Positions 1 through 13,066 of a DNA stretch of 64,000 nt are shown here, piece after piece; within the stretch, counting starts at the first letter, position 1, and every line of letters begins with the position of its first letter. This DNA is from Terriglobia bacterium (GTDB lineage: Bacteria; Acidobacteriota; Terriglobia; 20CM-2-55-15): positions 768,001-832,000 of the forward strand of contig CBDAOY010000005.1 of assembly GCA_965198225.1 (NCBI GenBank), written 5' to 3'. The notes below the pieces were generated by a model. That model was not told the DNA's origin, ran no database searches, and was given only the letters and a program-made list of their open reading frames with translations. The translations under genes and the position numbers were made by a program.

Positions 1-2812
<2,812 letters not shown>

Positions 2813-2957
2813 TGGTAAGGTCTTAGCGAGAGTAAGTGCTTCAGGGCCGCTGAAAAGCAGCTCACATTGGGCGCCGGGTCAGGAAATAACATGGTGCAAT
2901 TAATCCCATGTTCATAAACGGCTTGACTTCCCACTCCTAAAGGCACTGGTGAAGCCT

Positions 2958-3138
2958 CTATGGCCCGGCTCTGAGGGCATACTCGCGCACAAGCATGTCG
3001 GCCGGAAGGTTCCATTCAGCCGACAAGCCGGATCATTGGCAGGGTCAGCGGACGGCGACGGTTGAGCACCTCCGAGGCATGAGACTGGGATCCGATCAGG
3101 ACGCCGAGGTCCTTTTGCCGGAGGTTGCAGGCCTCCAT
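2958..3138 (-). pseudogene. HigA-like HTH antitoxin fragment, frameshifted and 5'-truncated
   Basis: Manual translation MEACNLRQKDLGVLIGSQSHASEVLNRRRPLTLPMIR../AEWNLPADML resembles the HigA C-terminal HTH. Confidence 0.65.
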
Positions 3139-3142
3139 TGAG

Positions 3143-3266
3143 CATGTCAGGTTGATGTATACCCTAAACTGATGTCAAGCAACCCCCCGAATCGCGTCGA
3201 ACTAGGCTCGTGTGTTGCATTGATTTACACGCCCCGCCCACGGTCTTAGATTCTTTATTGACAGAT
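3143..3266 (+). promoter_or_regulatory. Tn21/Tn1721-type res site
   Basis: GTCAGGTTGATGTATACCCTAAACTGATGTCA resembles res site I and lies directly upstream of tnpR. Confidence 0.75.
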
Positions 3267-3285
3267 TCGCAGCAGGAGGAACGCC

Positions 3286-4392
3286 GTGCCAGGCCAACGC
3301 ATCGCCTACGTCCGGGTGAGCAGCATCGACCCGAACCCGGAACGCCAACTGGAGCAGCTCCCCCTCGACCAGGTCTTTACCGACCAGGCTTCGGGCAGGG
3401 ACACAGAGCGTCCGGAACTGGAACGGCTGCTCGCCTTCGTGCGCAAAACCGACACGGTGGTGGTCCACAGCATGGATCGGCTGGCTCGCAACCTGGACGA
3501 CCTGCGGCGCATCGTGGGCACGCTGACCGGGCGCGGCGTACGCATCGAGTTCGTCAAGGAGAACCTGACCTTCACCGGCGAGGACTCCCCGATGGAGGAC
3601 CTCATGCTGTCGGTCATGGGGGCCTTCGCCGAGTTCGAGCGGGCCTTGCTCCGGGAACGGCAGCGCGAAGGCATCGCCCTAGCCAAGCAGCGCGGGGCCT
3701 ACCGGGGCCGCAAGAAAACGCTCGCGCCGGCGCAGGCGGCCCAGCTCCGCCAACGGGTCCCGGTCGGAGAGGGAAAGACCCGGCTGGCCCGCGAGTTCGG
3801 CATCAGCCGGCAAACCCTCTACAAATACCTGCGCACAGAAGACTGCCGATGCCTGACCGCAGCTTGCGGACACCCGCTGCGCGGGCTATTTGGGATCCGT
3901 GTCCTTGGCCGCAAGGATGGCGCGGGCCTGTTGGGTGAGGAGTTCCTTCTCTTTGGGCGTAAACCGGATATCTCCGCTGACCCACTTGGTGAGAGCAGCG
4001 AGATCCCGGGTGGCGATCTCGGTGATGCGCATCTCCTCACCCCGAAGAGTGATGGAAATGGCTCCAGCAATCTCAATCGCTTGCTGGCACTCCCGGATGG
4101 ATATCGTTGGCGGGAGAGGAGGAAACCGCTCGAGGAACTGGCGTTCGTCTTCTGCAATGATGGCGCGCGCCTTCCGGGTGAGTTCTTCCCGGCTGGCGCG
4201 CGGAAGCCGGATATCTCCGCAGATCCAGTTCTTCCCATGGACGCGGAGGGCTCTGGTGATGAGCACCTGCTCCCCACGGATCATCACAGGGATGCCAACA
4301 CCGGCGGTTGCGCTCGCCCTTTCCACGAGAGAAATCGCCCTTTGGCAAGTTCCGATGGATATTCTCGGTTTCATCCTTCCGCCGTGGGGTGA
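3286..4392 (+). CDS. tnpR: Tn21-like serine resolvase (about first 186 aa); stop lost, so the ORF reads on antisense to the next gene
   Basis: YVRVSS, VVHSMDRLARN, FAEFERALLRERQREG, C-terminal HTH GISRQTLYKYL. Confidence 0.85.
   Translation: MPGQRIAYVRVSSIDPNPERQLEQLPLDQVFTDQASGRDTERPELERLLAFVRKTDTVVVHSMDRLARNLDDLRRIVGTLTGRGVRIEFVKENLTFTGEDSPMEDLMLSVMGAFAEFERALLRERQREGIALAKQRGAYRGRKKTLAPAQAAQLRQRVPVGEGKTRLAREFGISRQTLYKYLRTEDCRCLTAACGHPLRGLFGIRVLGRKDGAGLLGEEFLLFGRKPDISADPLGESSEIPGGDLGDAHLLTPKSDGNGSSNLNRLLALPDGYRWRERRKPLEELAFVFCNDGARLPGEFFPAGARKPDISADPVLPMDAEGSGDEHLLPTDHHRDANTGGCARPFHERNRPLASSDGYSRFHPSAVG
3886..4374 (-). CDS. Hypothetical repA-coupled protein with an internally duplicated ~70 aa domain
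   Basis: ATGA overlap with the repA stop; three paralogs in this window. Confidence 0.7.
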   Translation of the reverse strand: MKPRISIGTCQRAISLVERASATAGVGIPVMIRGEQVLITRALRVHGKNWICGDIRLPRASREELTRKARAIIAEDERQFLERFPPLPPTISIRECQQAIEIAGAISITLRGEEMRITEIATRDLAALTKWVSGDIRFTPKEKELLTQQARAILAAKDTDPK

Positions 4393-5372
4393 ACCCTCGA
4401 AGCTTTTTCTACAAGCGAAAGCTGCTGAACCGGAGCGATGGCCGGGGCCGAAGGCAACAGGATCAGGACGCCCGGAGCCGTGGTGTAGTTCAACTCCGGC
4501 CAGGCCAGCTTGATCTTCTTCAACTCACGCAGAACATTTTGGCGGAAGCTCCGAACGATGAATTTGTCGCTGGCTTTGGCCGGAGCCGTCCCGAACTGGC
4601 CGTACAGCTGCGGCCAAGGGATGTGGAGCGGAGCGCGCAATGTGGAGATCCGGTAGGCCACCCACAGGTAGAGATCGAGGCACAGCGAAGAGCTTTTGAG
4701 GGCCGTGAGGGTGTTCATGTCGAGCGGCACCGGGCGGTTGACAATCTCATTGAACAAGTCTTCGCTGAGTTCGATCTTGCTCTCCCACAGCATCGGCACA
4801 TCGAGACGCTTCGGATCCCACCAGAGCTCGGTGCGGGCGGCGATCCGCGAGTTTACGGTGGCCTTGCCGCGCTCATCCGAGTAGATCAGCGAAACGTGTG
4901 CGTTGAACAGGCGGTCCATCTGGTTGCAGAGCCTCGATTGGGTTCTCCCGTCAGTGCTGGTGATACCCAGCTTGCGCATGAACTCGGAAAGCGAAGAACC
5001 GAGGATCAGCACATGGCTTTGAGTGCGTACCGCCTCCGTGCAAAGCCAAGCCAGCAGCAGGCGGGAAATATTTCCGTAGGGGAGTTTGGTCTCACCGCTT
5101 GAAAATATGACCAGCTTGTACGTGCCGTTGAGGCGTTGGTATTCCTTCTGGTTGCCGGGGTTGGCGCGGGGCAAGCTGCACAACGCCAGCATTCGCGCCA
5201 TGAAACCCATATCGGGGTCTCTTTCGCTGACCCCGATCAACTGGTCCACTTGATCGGCAATGGTGAAGCTCCGCCGCCGCGGCGGTGATGGGCGGAGCTC
5301 CTGGCCCGGCCCGTCATCCAGGCCGGAGAGGGCATCACCGATCGGAACCAATCCGTCTCGCTTACGCTTCAT
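4371..5372 (-). CDS. repA: Plasmid replication protein RepA (RepA_C/IncW-like)
   Basis: GFMAR..LCSLP, LPYG..RLLLAWLCTEAVRT, DLYLW..YR motifs. Confidence 0.85.
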   Translation of the reverse strand: MKRKRDGLVPIGDALSGLDDGPGQELRPSPPRRRSFTIADQVDQLIGVSERDPDMGFMARMLALCSLPRANPGNQKEYQRLNGTYKLVIFSSGETKLPYGNISRLLLAWLCTEAVRTQSHVLILGSSLSEFMRKLGITSTDGRTQSRLCNQMDRLFNAHVSLIYSDERGKATVNSRIAARTELWWDPKRLDVPMLWESKIELSEDLFNEIVNRPVPLDMNTLTALKSSSLCLDLYLWVAYRISTLRAPLHIPWPQLYGQFGTAPAKASDKFIVRSFRQNVLRELKKIKLAWPELNYTTAPGVLILLPSAPAIAPVQQLSLVEKASRVHPTAEG

Positions 5373-5574
5373 GGCTTTTCATTCTCCCGTGTTCCCGGAC
5401 AAGGCAGGGGAACCACGGGCGTCTATTCCCGGACCCCGAGCGGCAGCCGTGCGAAAAATTACTCTAAGGGTCCGTGTGTGACCCTCCTGGAGTAATTCCC
5501 GCCACCGCTTCCGCTATATGAGAAGCGCCAGTTCTGCGGGGTGTCCAACGTCAATCAAAATTCCCGCCCCTAAC

Positions 5575-6800
5575 CCGACTTCCGCGGTTCTCCCGATTTT
5601 CATCTAATTCCATTTGGAGCACGAATCGCGTTTGTTTTCTGTGCCTTGACCTCCTGGGTGGGCGTGTAGTGCCGACCCCCTTGATTAGTTTTTCGGATAT
5701 GCCGACGATGCGTGCATGTTCGTGCGCTGCAAGAAGCGATTCAAGGACGGCAAGGAGCACCGCTACTGGAGTGTCGTCGAGAGCAGCTTCTCTATCTCGG
5801 GAGAGCCACGGTGGTGCCGCTCGATCGAGGTTCTCAGCGGCGGCGCGGCGCTGCAGCAGATCTGTTTCCCGGACCCCGCGCCGGTGTTGGATTGCGGCAG
5901 CCGTGCAAATCCAGCTCGACAAACTGGAACTGCGCGATCCGCGCCAGTGGGGCGCCTGCTGGCTGGCGCTGGCGTTGTGGGACCGTCTCGGGCTGGACCG
6001 TTTCTGGGGCCCGCGGCTGCCGCCCAGCCGCAAGGGCACCCGATGGCTCGATATCCTCAAGGTGCAGGTCTGTTATCACCTGTGTGACCTGGTATGAACA
6101 CAGCTCCTGGAGTGACCGCGTGATCTCCGAACCGCTTCCCGCCACCGAGTTCTTCTCTTCCTCAAGGCGCGCCGCCCTATGTTCTGCTCTACGATCTGAC
6201 CAGAAGCGCCCTTGGCGGGCAAACGCCAGTTCGGCTACAGCGAAAGCGTCTGCGGGGTGTCCAACGTCAATCGCAATTCCCGACCCCTGGATCATGGATC
6301 GCGGTTCGAGGAGACCCTGGCCAGTGCGCGCCGCCTCGGGCCTGCGATCAAGCTTCCGTCGCTGGTCCGTAGCGAAAAACGGATCTCGAAGGAACGAGCA
6401 TGCGGCGGCGAGAAGAAGCTTCCCGATTCATGACCTGCAGCGACAATCCCTCAGCCGGGATGCGTTGCTGATCAAGCTGGGCGCCGCAAAGAAGGAGGCC
6501 ACGCGCCGTCGAGCCTGTGGGCTTTGCCTTCAACGTGGTAAAGCCGCAGGCTTTTCCAAGCAGCGGCGTTCAAGGAACTCAAGCATCCGTGTTGCCTTTC
6601 GCCTGGTGCCTGCATCACCCTAACCCTCATCCGCCCCCACGCCCCGGGGCTGACACCCCGCGCAATCCTCGACACATTCTCGACCATACAGATGCGGCGT
6701 TGTTCATGTTCCACGGCGCCACCTCGTCCGCCGCTACACCCAACCCAACAGGGACCATCTCTTGCTGCTGCATCATTTTTTGCCGCAACAGCCGACACCG
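5575..6800 (+). pseudogene. IS1634-family transposase remnants, fragmented and mosaic
   Basis: MFVRCKKRFKDGKEHRYWSVVE, RQWGACWLA, LLYDLT, KRQFGYS, MDRG, LLIKLGAAK found in different frames. Confidence 0.7.
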
Positions 6801-6964
6801 CGCATCGCCGTCCTGCCACGGCCCCGATCGCCGACAGCCTTGTCGATTTCTTTGCGGAGTTTCCTTCACCGTCGAGCCTGTGGGAAACGTGGTAAAGCCG
6901 CATGCGGTGGGAATCCGTGTTTTTGCGGATTTCCACGGAGGCGTTTTCCACAGGCGCGTCGCCA

Positions 6965-7640
6965 TCATTTTTTTCGTCCTTTCGATTTCTTTGCGGCTTC
7001 CATGCGGTAGCTGGAGAGATTCAATTCCAGAATGACGCTGTGGTATACGAGGCGGTCAATCGCTGCCGCGGTGGTCATCGGGTCCTTGAAGATCTTTTCC
7101 CAGTCGGAAAAGACCAGGTTCGAGGTGATCAGAATACTGCGACGTTCGTACCGATGGGCGAGCAGAGTGAAGAGCACCGCCATCTCCTCACGGCTGTGCT
7201 GCACGTAACCAATGTCATCGACGATGAGAGCGTCGAACTTGTCGAGTCGCTTCAGTTCCTTCTCGAGCGCGAGCTCGGCCTTGGCTCGCAAGAGCCGCTG
7301 GACTAACAGCGCACATGGAGTGAAGTAGATTCTCCGACCCTTCAGTATCAGTTCGTGGCCGAGGGCACAGAGCAGATGGGTCTTGCCGCTGCCCGGGTTA
7401 CCGAAAGCCAGAACGTTCTCGGTGCGATCCAGAAAGTCTCCCTCGAGCAATGTATCGACGCGTCGATGGACGGTTCGGGGTAGTCGTGATCGTTCAAACG
7501 CCGACCAGGTCTTCTCTCTGGGCAGCTTCGACTCTCGCAGGAGCCGTTCGGTCTTTCGTTGTCGGCGTTCTTCCAGTTCCAGCTCACAGAGCGTCAGCAG
7601 GTAGCGATCGTAGGGCCAGCCGTCATTGGTGGCCAAAGCG
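6965..7640 (-). pseudogene. istB: IS21-family helper ATPase IstB, 5'-truncated, no istA
   Basis: GNPGSGKTHL Walker A, LIVDDIGY, ITSNL, AIDRLVYHS. Confidence 0.85.
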
Positions 7641-7804
7641 GCCTGAAGAAGGATGGATGGTCGGTTCTGATCATTTGGGAATGCCAGACGCAACCTTCCA
7701 ATCTGGATCGACTGGCATCGCGCATCGTTGCGTTTCTCGAGAACCCGACGATGTTGGCGCCCAGGGCACGGGTTGATCGTTGCGAGGACGAGCTGGGCGC
7801 ATGA
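7640..7804 (+). pseudogene. C-terminal fragment of Vsr-like very-short-patch repair endonuclease
   Basis: LKKDGWSVLIIWECQ matches the Vsr GWrVl.vWEC signature. Confidence 0.55.
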
Positions 7805-9195
7805 CACCTAACCAAATTCGAGCTGCGGCCGCGAGGAGCGAGTCCGAAACATTGGAGTTCAAGCACACGACAGGAACGCGCCGCGAGGCGGCCCAAACCG
7901 TGTGCGCCATGCTCAACCAACGCGGTGGGCACGTGCTGTTCGGTGTCACACCGATCGGAGATGTGGTCGGCCAACAGGTGAGCGAACGAACGATTGAGGA
8001 AGTGAGTGCCGAGATCCAACGGGTCGATCCGCCGGCATTCCCGGAGATCGAGCGGGTTCAGGTAGCGGGAGGTCTTGAGGTGATCGCGGTTCGCGTGAAT
8101 CAGGACTCCGCGCGGCCATACCAGTACAGGGGAACCGCCTATCGCCGCGTTGGCAACACCACGGTCGCCATGTCAGCCGACGAGTACAACCGCATGCTCT
8201 TCGAGCGCATGCACAGCGAGCAACGCTGGGAGAACCAACCCGCGACCGGATGGTCGGTCGAAGATCTCGACGTCTCGGAGATCCGACGCACGGTCACGGA
8301 GGCGGTCCGCCGAGGCCGACTAGAGGACCCGGGGACCCAGGAGCCAGCTGAGTTGCTGCGCGGCCTGGGGCTTTTCCGGGACGGGGTCTTGTGGCGCGCG
8401 GCCGTGGTGCTGTTCGGCAACACCGAGCACATCGAGTTCGAGATTCCGCAGTGCCTGCTCCGTGTCGCTCGTTTTCGGGGCATCGACCGCACGGAGTTTC
8501 TGGACAATCGACAATTCCACGGCAACGCCTTCACCCTCCTCTCGAATGCGGAACGCTTCCTGCGCGAGACCTTGCCCATCGCCGGGCGGATCGAGTCGGA
8601 TCGTATTGAGAGGATCGACGAGCCGCTCTACCCACCGCTGGCGACGCGGGAGTCGCTGGCAAACGCCCTGTGTCATCGCGATTACTCCATTGGCGGTGGC
8701 TCTGTTGGCGTCGCGGTCTACGACGACCGCCTGGAGGTGACCTCCTCGGGCACACTGCACTTCGGGTTGACCCCGGAGAAGCTGTTCGCGCCGCATGAGT
8801 CCTTGCCCTGGAACCCGCTGATCGCTCGCACCTTCTATCGGCGTGGCATCATCGAGGAATGGGGCCGCGGGACGCTCAAGATAGCTGAGTTGACGACTTC
8901 CGCAGGCCTTCCTCGTCCCGAGATCGAGGATTCTGGAGGATGCGTGACGGTATGCTTCCGCCACGGTCAGTTCATGCCGCCCCAACGAGACATAAGCGAC
9001 CTCACAGAACGGCAGCGGGCGATACTTGAACTGCTAAATCAGTCAGATCGAGCCTTGGCGTTGCGGGAAATCCGCTCGCAGTTGGGGCCGCAAACCAATG
9101 AGCGGCGACTGCGGGAAGACCTCGCCATTCTAAAAACTCGGGGACTGGCTAGATCCACGGGTCGCGGCCGGGGGGCGCGTTGGAACCACGTGTAA
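7801..9195 (+). CDS. AlbA_2 (Schlafen-like) DNA-binding + RecG-C/HATPase_c_4 + wHTH protein
   Basis: ESETLEFK, CAMLN..GG..LFGV, RESLANALCHRDY, NPLIA, IEEWGRG. Confidence 0.85.
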   Translation: MTPNQIRAAAARSESETLEFKHTTGTRREAAQTVCAMLNQRGGHVLFGVTPIGDVVGQQVSERTIEEVSAEIQRVDPPAFPEIERVQVAGGLEVIAVRVNQDSARPYQYRGTAYRRVGNTTVAMSADEYNRMLFERMHSEQRWENQPATGWSVEDLDVSEIRRTVTEAVRRGRLEDPGTQEPAELLRGLGLFRDGVLWRAAVVLFGNTEHIEFEIPQCLLRVARFRGIDRTEFLDNRQFHGNAFTLLSNAERFLRETLPIAGRIESDRIERIDEPLYPPLATRESLANALCHRDYSIGGGSVGVAVYDDRLEVTSSGTLHFGLTPEKLFAPHESLPWNPLIARTFYRRGIIEEWGRGTLKIAELTTSAGLPRPEIEDSGGCVTVCFRHGQFMPPQRDISDLTERQRAILELLNQSDRALALREIRSQLGPQTNERRLREDLAILKTRGLARSTGRGRGARWNHV

Positions 9196-9335
9196 TACCT
9201 TGGGTTGGCTTATTCTGGCTTATTCTGGCTTATACCAGCGGCAACACAGGGGCGCCGCATGCCACGGCGCCGCAGGCTTCCGAACTCATGGATGATTCCG
9301 GGCGCGATCCCACGGAAAATACTGGCTGACAGCCT

Positions 9336-9790
9336 ATGGCGCAAAACTGGTCCGACAGCGAGATCGACGCCATCGTCGAAAACTACTTCGAAATCCTCGA
9401 GCATGAGCAGGAAGGGCGAGTTTTTAGCAAGGCTGAGCACCGGCGAGCGCTCATGAAAACCATAGCTCGATCAGAGGGCTCAATCGAGCGCAAGCACATG
9501 AATATCAGCGCGGTCCTGGTCGCGGCTCGGTTTGCCTTACGTAGATGGTTACAAGCCGTATAGGAACTACCAGAAGGCGCTGTTCGAGGCAGTTGAAGCA
9601 AGTCTTAGCAGGGACCCCGAGCTTCATTCCCTCCTGAACGGGGAAATCGTGGGGGCCAAGCGTAATTCTTAGGAATCTTTAACCGGACCAGACCTTGTCT
9701 TCGACGATGCTCCGCCGCCACGTGAGACGCGGGAACAAGATGTCCCGGACGACATTCGCCGCATTGTCGGCAGGTTCGAACATCCAGCTG
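9336..9790 (+). pseudogene. DUF3883-type protein N-terminal region, frameshifted
   Basis: WSDSEIDAIVENYF..L..E....FSKAEH...SIERKHMNISAVL, then frame breaks. Confidence 0.55.
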
Positions 9791-10049
9791 AAAGGACATT
9801 ATCATACATATCGAATGGCTCCTGACAAATCCCGGGACCTCGAGCCCGCCCGCCGCTCCGACCCCGTCTCCCTCGATGAGGGCGAGCGCATCAGTATCTG
9901 ACCCCCCGTGCCTCCGCTCGCTGCCGACAAACAGAACGATGATGGGACACAAAGGATACCGGGCGACGGTTACTACACTTGACAAGCCCGATAGTATACA
10001 ATCCGTATAGATTTCTTATATATAAGTCTACTTCTCGATAACGGGCACC

Positions 10050-10685
10050 ATGCAGACCATCGCACTGATTGCACAGAAAGGCGGTACCGGCAAGACGACG
10101 CTTGCACTAGCGTTGGCCGTGGCAGCAGAGCAAGCAGGCAGAAGAACCGTCGTCATTGACCTCGACCCGCAGGCCACCGCCTGTAACTGGGCAGATCGTC
10201 GGGACGCTGACACACCAATAGTCGTCGATGCTCAGCCGACACGGCTTCCCAGGGCGCTTGAAAAGGCGATGGAAGCGGGCGTCAATCTTGCAATCATCGA
10301 TACCCCAGCGCGATCGGAACAGACCGCTTTGGCTGCGGCGAAGTGTGCCAACTTGATAATCATTCCCTGCCGACCGCAGATTTACGATCTCGAAACCGTA
10401 CCCAACAGTCGGGAGCTAATCACTCTTGCCGGTGACATCCCTACCCTGGTTGTCTTAATCGCCGTGCCGGCCCGTGGCGCGCGTGGCGATCAAGCACGAC
10501 ACGCCCTAACAGGCTTCGGTCTTGCAGTGTGTCCCCCGAGCTTAGGCCATCGCGCAGCTTTCGGCGACGCCGGCGTTCGCGGACTCGTGGCGCTCGAACA
10601 TCAACCACTCGGCAAAGCTGCCGATGAAATCAAGAAAGTATATAAGTATATAAGTCTGTTTCTATCGGGGAGGGCGGAGAGGTAA
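10050..10685 (+). CDS. parA: ParA-family (type Ib) partition ATPase
   Basis: QKGGTGKTT, IDLDPQ, IIDTP. Confidence 0.92.
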   Translation: MQTIALIAQKGGTGKTTLALALAVAAEQAGRRTVVIDLDPQATACNWADRRDADTPIVVDAQPTRLPRALEKAMEAGVNLAIIDTPARSEQTALAAAKCANLIIIPCRPQIYDLETVPNSRELITLAGDIPTLVVLIAVPARGARGDQARHALTGFGLAVCPPSLGHRAAFGDAGVRGLVALEHQPLGKAADEIKKVYKYISLFLSGRAER

Positions 10686-10689
10686 GAAA

Positions 10690-12097
10690 CCGACTGCGCC
10701 CCTTCATTGGACATTTTTCCCAAGAATTAGAGAATAGGTGCGGCTTAGCCGGTCCTGCTGCTGGAAGGGGGAATATTATCCCCCCGCCGGCGCTGTGGGA
10801 ACGGTGGGAAAGCGGAGCGTATTGTGCGGAGCTTTTCCACCGTTTCCACAGCGCGTGACGCGCGCCGATTTTTCAGCAGTGGGCCAGGGAGTCCGACACC
10901 GATGGGAAAGATCCGACGGAAGTTTGAAGTGGAATTCAAGCGACGCCTGGTCGAGCAGATTGAAACCGGCCAGATGACGCTGAGCGCGGCAGCGCGGCAG
11001 TACCAGATCTCGCCCAGCGTGATTCAGCGTTGGCGGACGCAGTACGAGGCGAATCAACTGGTGGATAGGCCTTCGAGCCGGGAACGGGCGTTGGAGGCCG
11101 AGAATGAACGCCTGAAGGCGAAGGTTGGGGATCTGGTGATGCAGATCGATCATCAAAAAAAACTGCAGAGCTGGATGAAGCGGAATCGAAACGTCGATAC
11201 TGCCGTAATCACTGGGAAAAACTGGGATCGATATCGAAAGGGTGCGAAATGACGGGCCTGGCACGTAGCACGTATTACTACAGGCCGAAGGTCGATCCCA
11301 AACTGAAAGCGCAACAGGACGCCGATCTGCGCGATCGCATCGAGCGGATCCAGGCCGAATTTCCCGGCTACGGATACCGCCGGGTGTATCGGGAACTGGA
11401 ACGCCAGGGCGAGATCGTCAACACGAAACGGCTTCGGCGCGTGATGAAGCGGTACGGGTTGAAGCCGATCACCTGGCGGAGTTTCCTCCACACGACCGAT
11501 TCCAATCACCGGTTCCGCATCTACCCCAATCTGCTGAAGAGGCACACGGTCACCGGTCTGAATCAAGCGTGGGCAGCCGATATCACTTACATCCGGATAC
11601 GCACCGGATTCGTGTTCCTGGCCGCCATCCTGGATCTCCACTCTCGCAAGGTCATCGGTTGGGCGATCTCGAAACGGATCGACCGCCAGCTCTGCATCGA
11701 GGCGTTACAGATGGCCATCGCAGCGCGTCTCGACACCCGGGGCTGCATCCATCATTCAGATCGGGGCGTGCAGTATGCCTCCGACGACTACATCGACATC
11801 TTGCGAACACACGGCTTCCAGATCAGCATGTCGGCGAAGGGCAATCCCGGGGACAACGCTTTCGTGGAGTCGTTCTTCAAGACGTTGAAGTACGAGGAGA
11901 TCCATCTCTGGAACTACGAGACCTACGAGGACGTGAAGAACGTGTCCCATACTTCATCGAGGAGGTCTACAATCGCAGCGGCTGCACTCCTCAATCGGGG
12001 ATCGTCCGCCGATCGAGTTCGAGCAGCTCGTGAACTTGAAACGCGCCGATCGGCCTATTCTCAATCTTTGACGAAATCTGTCCAGTTTTGGGGGCGG
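10690..12097 (+). mobile_element. IS3-family element (orfA 10902-11252, orfB 11249-12100 with late frameshift) inserted between parA and parG
   Basis: HTH orfA; orfB WAADITYI, HHSDRGVQY, DNAFVESFF; imperfect IRs (GCCCC..TGGACA / TGTCCA..GGGGC). Confidence 0.9.
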
Positions 12098-12103
12098 TAA
12101 GAA

Positions 12104-12403
12104 ATGAGCAAAGTAGACTTATCAGAAGCACTCGTTGATGCCGGCGGAGGCACTCGACGCAAAGCCGCGCCGCAGCCAGTACAAGCGGCAACGCGTCGGC
12201 CGACCGTCGCGACAGCACCACAGCCGAGCAGAATAGGGACCAAACCCATTACCGTTCACTTCCCAAAAGAGGTTCGCGACCAGCTCAAGATTCTGGCCGT
12301 AGAGCAGGGAACTACGCTGCAGACGCTTGTAGGTGAGAGCTTCAACATGCTCTTCGCCAAGTACAGTAAGCCTGAGATCGCACCGGGCGACCAGAGACTT
12401 TAA
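12104..12403 (+). CDS. ParG-like ribbon-helix-helix partner protein
   Basis: KPITVHFPKEVRDQLKILAVE...LVGESFNMLFAKY. Lies 3 nt after the parA stop once IS3 is removed. Confidence 0.8.
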   Translation: MSKVDLSEALVDAGGGTRRKAAPQPVQAATRRPTVATAPQPSRIGTKPITVHFPKEVRDQLKILAVEQGTTLQTLVGESFNMLFAKYSKPEIAPGDQRL

Positions 12404-12841
12404 CGCCTCGTCGAGGAACTGGTTGAGGCCGTGAACGTCGCACGAAGTGCCGAACCGACGCGGGGCGTTTCAGATAGTACTTGCGTGTGTGGTCGTTGTT
12501 GACTCGCGCGATGAAGAACTCCACATGCGTTTAGCGGCCTTGGGAGTCGGCGTGGACAACCATTGGGGAACACCTCAGTCCATTCCAAAGAAAGGCAGTG
12601 ATGGAACCCGTTGATCAATGCTATCACCGGCTCTAGCCGGGCCGTCTTGTGCGGTGCGTTGTTCCTCAGCGCCACTGCGCTGAGGAACAACCATACCATC
12701 CGCCGCCGAACTGCACTTTCCGGGCCGTACTTGAATCGTCCTGAGTGCGACTCTGTATTCCCTGCAGATTTCGTTAAATAATTCTTTTCAACAGACCCCG
12801 CCGTTCCTAATACATGGATTCTTATTACTTGTCTTTATATA

Positions 12842-12932
12842 TGTATGGTGATCCTGTTTCACCGGAAAATGGGCGTGTATAGTGATCCCGTTTCACCGGA
12901 AAATGGGCGTGTATAGTGATCCCGTTTCACCG
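12842..12932. repeat. 34-bp tandem iterons (about 2.7 copies) beside an AT-rich tract; putative oriV
   Basis: TGTATAGTGATCCCGTTTCACCGGAAAATGGGCG units start at 12842, 12876 and 12910. AT-rich 12770-12845; DnaA-box-like TGTGGAAAC at 12961. Confidence 0.8.
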
Positions 12933-13066
12933 TGGAAAACTATGGCAAATCACATAAGCCTGTGGAAACAGAAGATTTGCGGATTCTGACAATTCAGGGG
13001 AGTGTGATGAAGATACTCCCGAAAATCCAACCCGGCGCTGAAACGCCGCTAAGGGCCCGGGAAGGG

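Noticed and set aside
3850-4392. Novel C-terminal domain on the resolvase
   Set aside because: It is antisense read-through of the repA-coupled gene; the same shadow ORF appears at 12932-13483.
9979-10002. Sigma70 promoter TTGACA/TACAAT for parA
   Set aside because: The spacing is only 12 bp.
12400-12530. Tyrosine integrase N-terminal remnant (EFFIARVNNDHTRKYY)
   Set aside because: Too short and degraded to support a call.
12842-12932. Possible mini-CRISPR array
   Set aside because: The units are contiguous tandem repeats with no unique spacers and no cas genes; iterons fit better.
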